From positions 1 to 37,669 of the forward strand of contig JAHLWZ010000961.1 in the NCBI GenBank assembly GCA_020536535.1: a DNA stretch of 37,669 nucleotides, read 5' to 3'. This DNA is from Pelomyxa schiedti. Lineage: Eukaryota; Protista; Evosea. The notes below the pieces were generated by a model. That model worked only from the letters and a program-made list of their open reading frames with translations. It was not told the DNA's origin and searched no databases. The translations under genes were made by a program, and so were the position numbers. Shown in pieces: positions 35,101 to 37,669 of this stretch (its first letter is position 1; each line of letters begins with the position of its first letter).

Positions 35101-36454
35101 AAATGGTGAGTACTAACAGGGATTGGTAGTGCTTCAACCTGCTTCATCTCTACAAGATATACACTTATATCCTGTAAGGCATTGACCTTCAAGAGACCCA
35201 AATCCGTTGAGACATCAATTGCCCGCCTGAGAAGAGCTGCAGCGTGAACAAACCACCGAGCTTTCACAAGTTCCTCTATTTCTCGAGTAGATGAACCCAG
35301 CCATTTTCTGTGAAAGGTAAGTTGGGGGAACATAAGATCAACATGTGCTCAGAAAGGGGGCCACATTTTGTCTATCAGGTCAATCATATCGTTTTGCTCC
35401 AAGTACTCCACCCATTCAGTTTTCAGGGCAGACACATTTTTATCAAGAAAAATGCGAGACTGTGTGATGTACTCCATCAATTGTTCTGATGAATCCTCTG
35501 CAGTAGAAACGATTTCCAAGAAAGTGGAGCATGACTTGATCGATTTATTGAATCCCTCATAGTAGGCTACCCAAAAAAAAAAAGTAAGCAAATCAACAAT
35601 AGCAGCACCCAAAAAGTAAGCAAAATCTTGCACAATCTACAATCCCTTTCCAATTCCCAAAATTCAGTATGTTGTGCACTTGTAGTACTCCACGTGACAC
35701 CACCACACATAAAACCAAAAACGAAAAACAAAACAAAACAAAACAAACAACAAAACCTCTCAACCAAACCTTCAACAACCGAGTTCATCGCGAAATCCGC
35801 GCTCTTGCAGAACTGGTCAAGGGCCTTTGCCTCGCCCGTGGGGTTCCCCTTCATCAGCCTCAGGGCCTCCCTTATCGGCGAGCAGTTGGGCTCCCTGAAC
35901 TGCCTCGGGGCCTGCGACACCGCCGTCGCGATCACCTTGGCCAGGCCCCTCGCGTTGAGCGGCCGGCCCTCCGAGTCAAAGTCGTTCTCGGGGTCGTCGT
36001 CCCCGCCGCCGCCGGGGCCCGCGCGGCTGCCGCGGCGGCCCACCACCGAGCCCCGCCGGCCCGCCGCCGTCACCGTCGTGGGCCGCCGCTCCGCCGACGT
36101 GGAGGCGGTGCGCGCCCGCGTGGTCGCCGATGCCGGCATCGTGGGCACCTTGGCTGCGGGGGTCGCGGGGGCCGCAGGGGCCTTTGCGGGGGTAGACGCG
36201 GCCGCCTGCTGGGGGGGCACCTTGGAGGCCTGCGGGGGGGCGGCGGCAGCGGCGGGCTCCTTGGTGCTGCTTGCTGCGGCGGTTGATGAGGACGAAGGTG
36301 TGGTGGTAGAGGGTGCTGTGGTAACTGATGACGAGGAGGAAGGGGTGGGTGTTGGGAGGACTACTTCCTCTTCGTCGTCTTCGTCGCTGTCATCATTCTG
36401 GTCGAGTAAAGAGGGGTCGATGTAGTCGCCATCCAACAATGATAAACCCGCCAT
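32114..36454 (-). CDS. EXOC4: Exocyst complex component 4 (Sec8), multi-exon, with a low-complexity N-terminus
   Basis: N-terminal AMNSVVEAYYEGFNKSIKS; C-terminal ALRLEIRLHCFHFL and KLCKNVFTLQQNLTH...FDRARRYFELL. Confidence 0.88.
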
Positions 36455-36492
36455 AAAGCCGTTTTACGGGTGCGTTGCACAGAAGTTTTTTT

Positions 36493-37669
36493 TCAATTTA
36501 CGGTTACGGATTGATTCTGTACAGTGTAGCGGAACACGTGAGTGTCGGTGTTGGTTTTGTTTGTGGCTGTTGTGCCCGCCTTGACCACAACAACAACCAA
36601 CCCGTGGTTCCCATCAACCGTGTGGTCGCCGGTTGTTGGTGCCACGCAACCACCGGCACCGTCGCGGTAGTGCTCGTTGTTGGTCTCGGGTGGCGTCGTG
36701 GCTGTGTTTCGGGCGGTGGCACGTTGGCCACACACGGTGCGCGAGCTGATCACACCCACAACACACCCACCATCACCTACCACCCCACTGCCACTGCTGC
36801 TGCTCGTTGTGGCTGTGGTTGTCGGTGCCACCACGTACCCACTCCCTCCCCCTCCCCCACTGTCACCCTGGCTGCAGGTGTGTCCACCACCACCCCCGTA
36901 CAGTCCCCCACCCCCTCCCCCGCCACCATAGTCGTCGGTGCCTGTGGGTACGTTGGAGCCGTCACCACCGCGGAACTTGTCACCGCACTGTGGGGAGTTG
37001 TCACCCCAGCCACCTGGTGCCTCCTGTGTTGCCCTCTTGCGCTGGTCCCCGTCCGCGCTCCCTGTCTCGCCCCCTCCCCCTCCCCCGTACCCGTGCGTGG
37101 TGTGGTTTATTGAGGAGCCGCCGCCGCCGCCAGCCACGACGAGGGGCACACCCCCCACCATCACCGCGCTGCATCCACCACCCCCTCCCCCACTGTAGCC
37201 ACGGGGGGTACCGGTGCAGCCACCACTTCCACCACCACCAAATGAGCTCCTAGTTGTTGGTACCACTCCACCTGGGCCGTAGACCACACCGGCACCACCC
37301 TGGCCCACCATGATGGTGAGTTGTGTGCCAGTCTTGATCAGCATCCTGGCTGTGCTGAACCCCCCTGGGCCTCCTGCCATCATGTTGCCGTTTTCTGCGC
37401 CGCCAGCGGCACCCCATGCAAACACCTCAACCTCCCTCGTCGGTGTTGGTGGGAGTGGAGGGACAGTGGCACGCTGTGTTGGCTCAGATGATCCAACGAG
37501 GCTCACTGCACAAACAGCAACACTCACCTCGCTTTTGGAGTCCACTGCCACATCACACTTGGTTGTCTCCCTCCCCTTCACCTCAAACAAGGACACCATG
37601 GCCTCCAATGGCCTTCTCGTCGCGCCCACTCTTCCTTCTGTTTCTGTTGCTGGTGGTGATGAAGAAGCA
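36493..37669 (-). CDS. Glycine-rich-domain protein (ALK/LTK Gly-rich-like); the 5' part probably lies outside the window
   Basis: VEVFAWGAAGG...GGPGGFSTA...LTIMVGQGG...FGGGGSGG...GGGGGCSAV...LVVAGGGGGS...GGGGGGLYGGGGG...SGGGGGSGYV. Confidence 0.7.
   Translation of the reverse strand, partial: ASSSPPATETEGRVGATRRPLEAMVSLFEVKGRETTKCDVAVDSKSEVSVAVCAVSLVGSSEPTQRATVPPLPPTPTREVEVFAWGAAGGAENGNMMAGGPGGFSTARMLIKTGTQLTIMVGQGGAGVVYGPGGVVPTTRSSFGGGGSGGCTGTPRGYSGGGGGGCSAVMVGGVPLVVAGGGGGSSINHTTHGYGGGGGGETGSADGDQRKRATQEAPGGWGDNSPQCGDKFRGGDGSNVPTGTDDYGGGGGGGGLYGGGGGHTCSQGDSGGGGGSGYVVAPTTTATTSSSSGSGVVGDGGCVVGVISSRTVCGQRATARNTATTPPETNNEHYRDGAGGCVAPTTGDHTVDGNHGLVVVVVKAGTTATNKTNTDTHVFRYTVQNQSVTVN

Overview
This is gene-dense eukaryotic (protist) DNA with many short spliceosomal introns, mostly about 37-55 nt. 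The gene content suggests an anaerobic, flagellated amoebozoan such as a Pelomyxa-like archamoeba; this is an inference. Exons were spliced by hand. Left to right the window holds: an axonemal dynein light chain (p28/DNALI1); a 69-bp perfect inverted repeat; a decayed Ty3/Gypsy LTR retrotransposon with a tRNA-Ala primer-binding site; an F-box + degenerate TBC (Rab-GAP-like) fusion; an active myotubularin; a small Cys-string/His-rich protein; a Polycomb PCGF (RING + RAWUL); a C2-less plant-type phospholipase D; a MoeB/MOCS3-like adenylase lacking rhodanese; an intron-containing, tail-anchored flavodoxin-ferredoxin of bacterial EFR1 type; two intronless members of an 'AR(D/E)QFxALA' family; a GBP/atlastin-like GTPase; an 11-mer-repeat protein; a tiny Cys-rich peptide with both a signal peptide and a CaaX box; TBC1D23; Sec8/EXOC4; and a partial glycine-rich-domain protein. 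The best candidates for something new are the F-box-pseudoTBC fusion, the membrane-anchored flavodoxin/Fe-S protein, the ARDQF family, the signal+CaaX peptide, and the relaxed splice sites (frequent AAG/GAG acceptors, three GC-AG introns).
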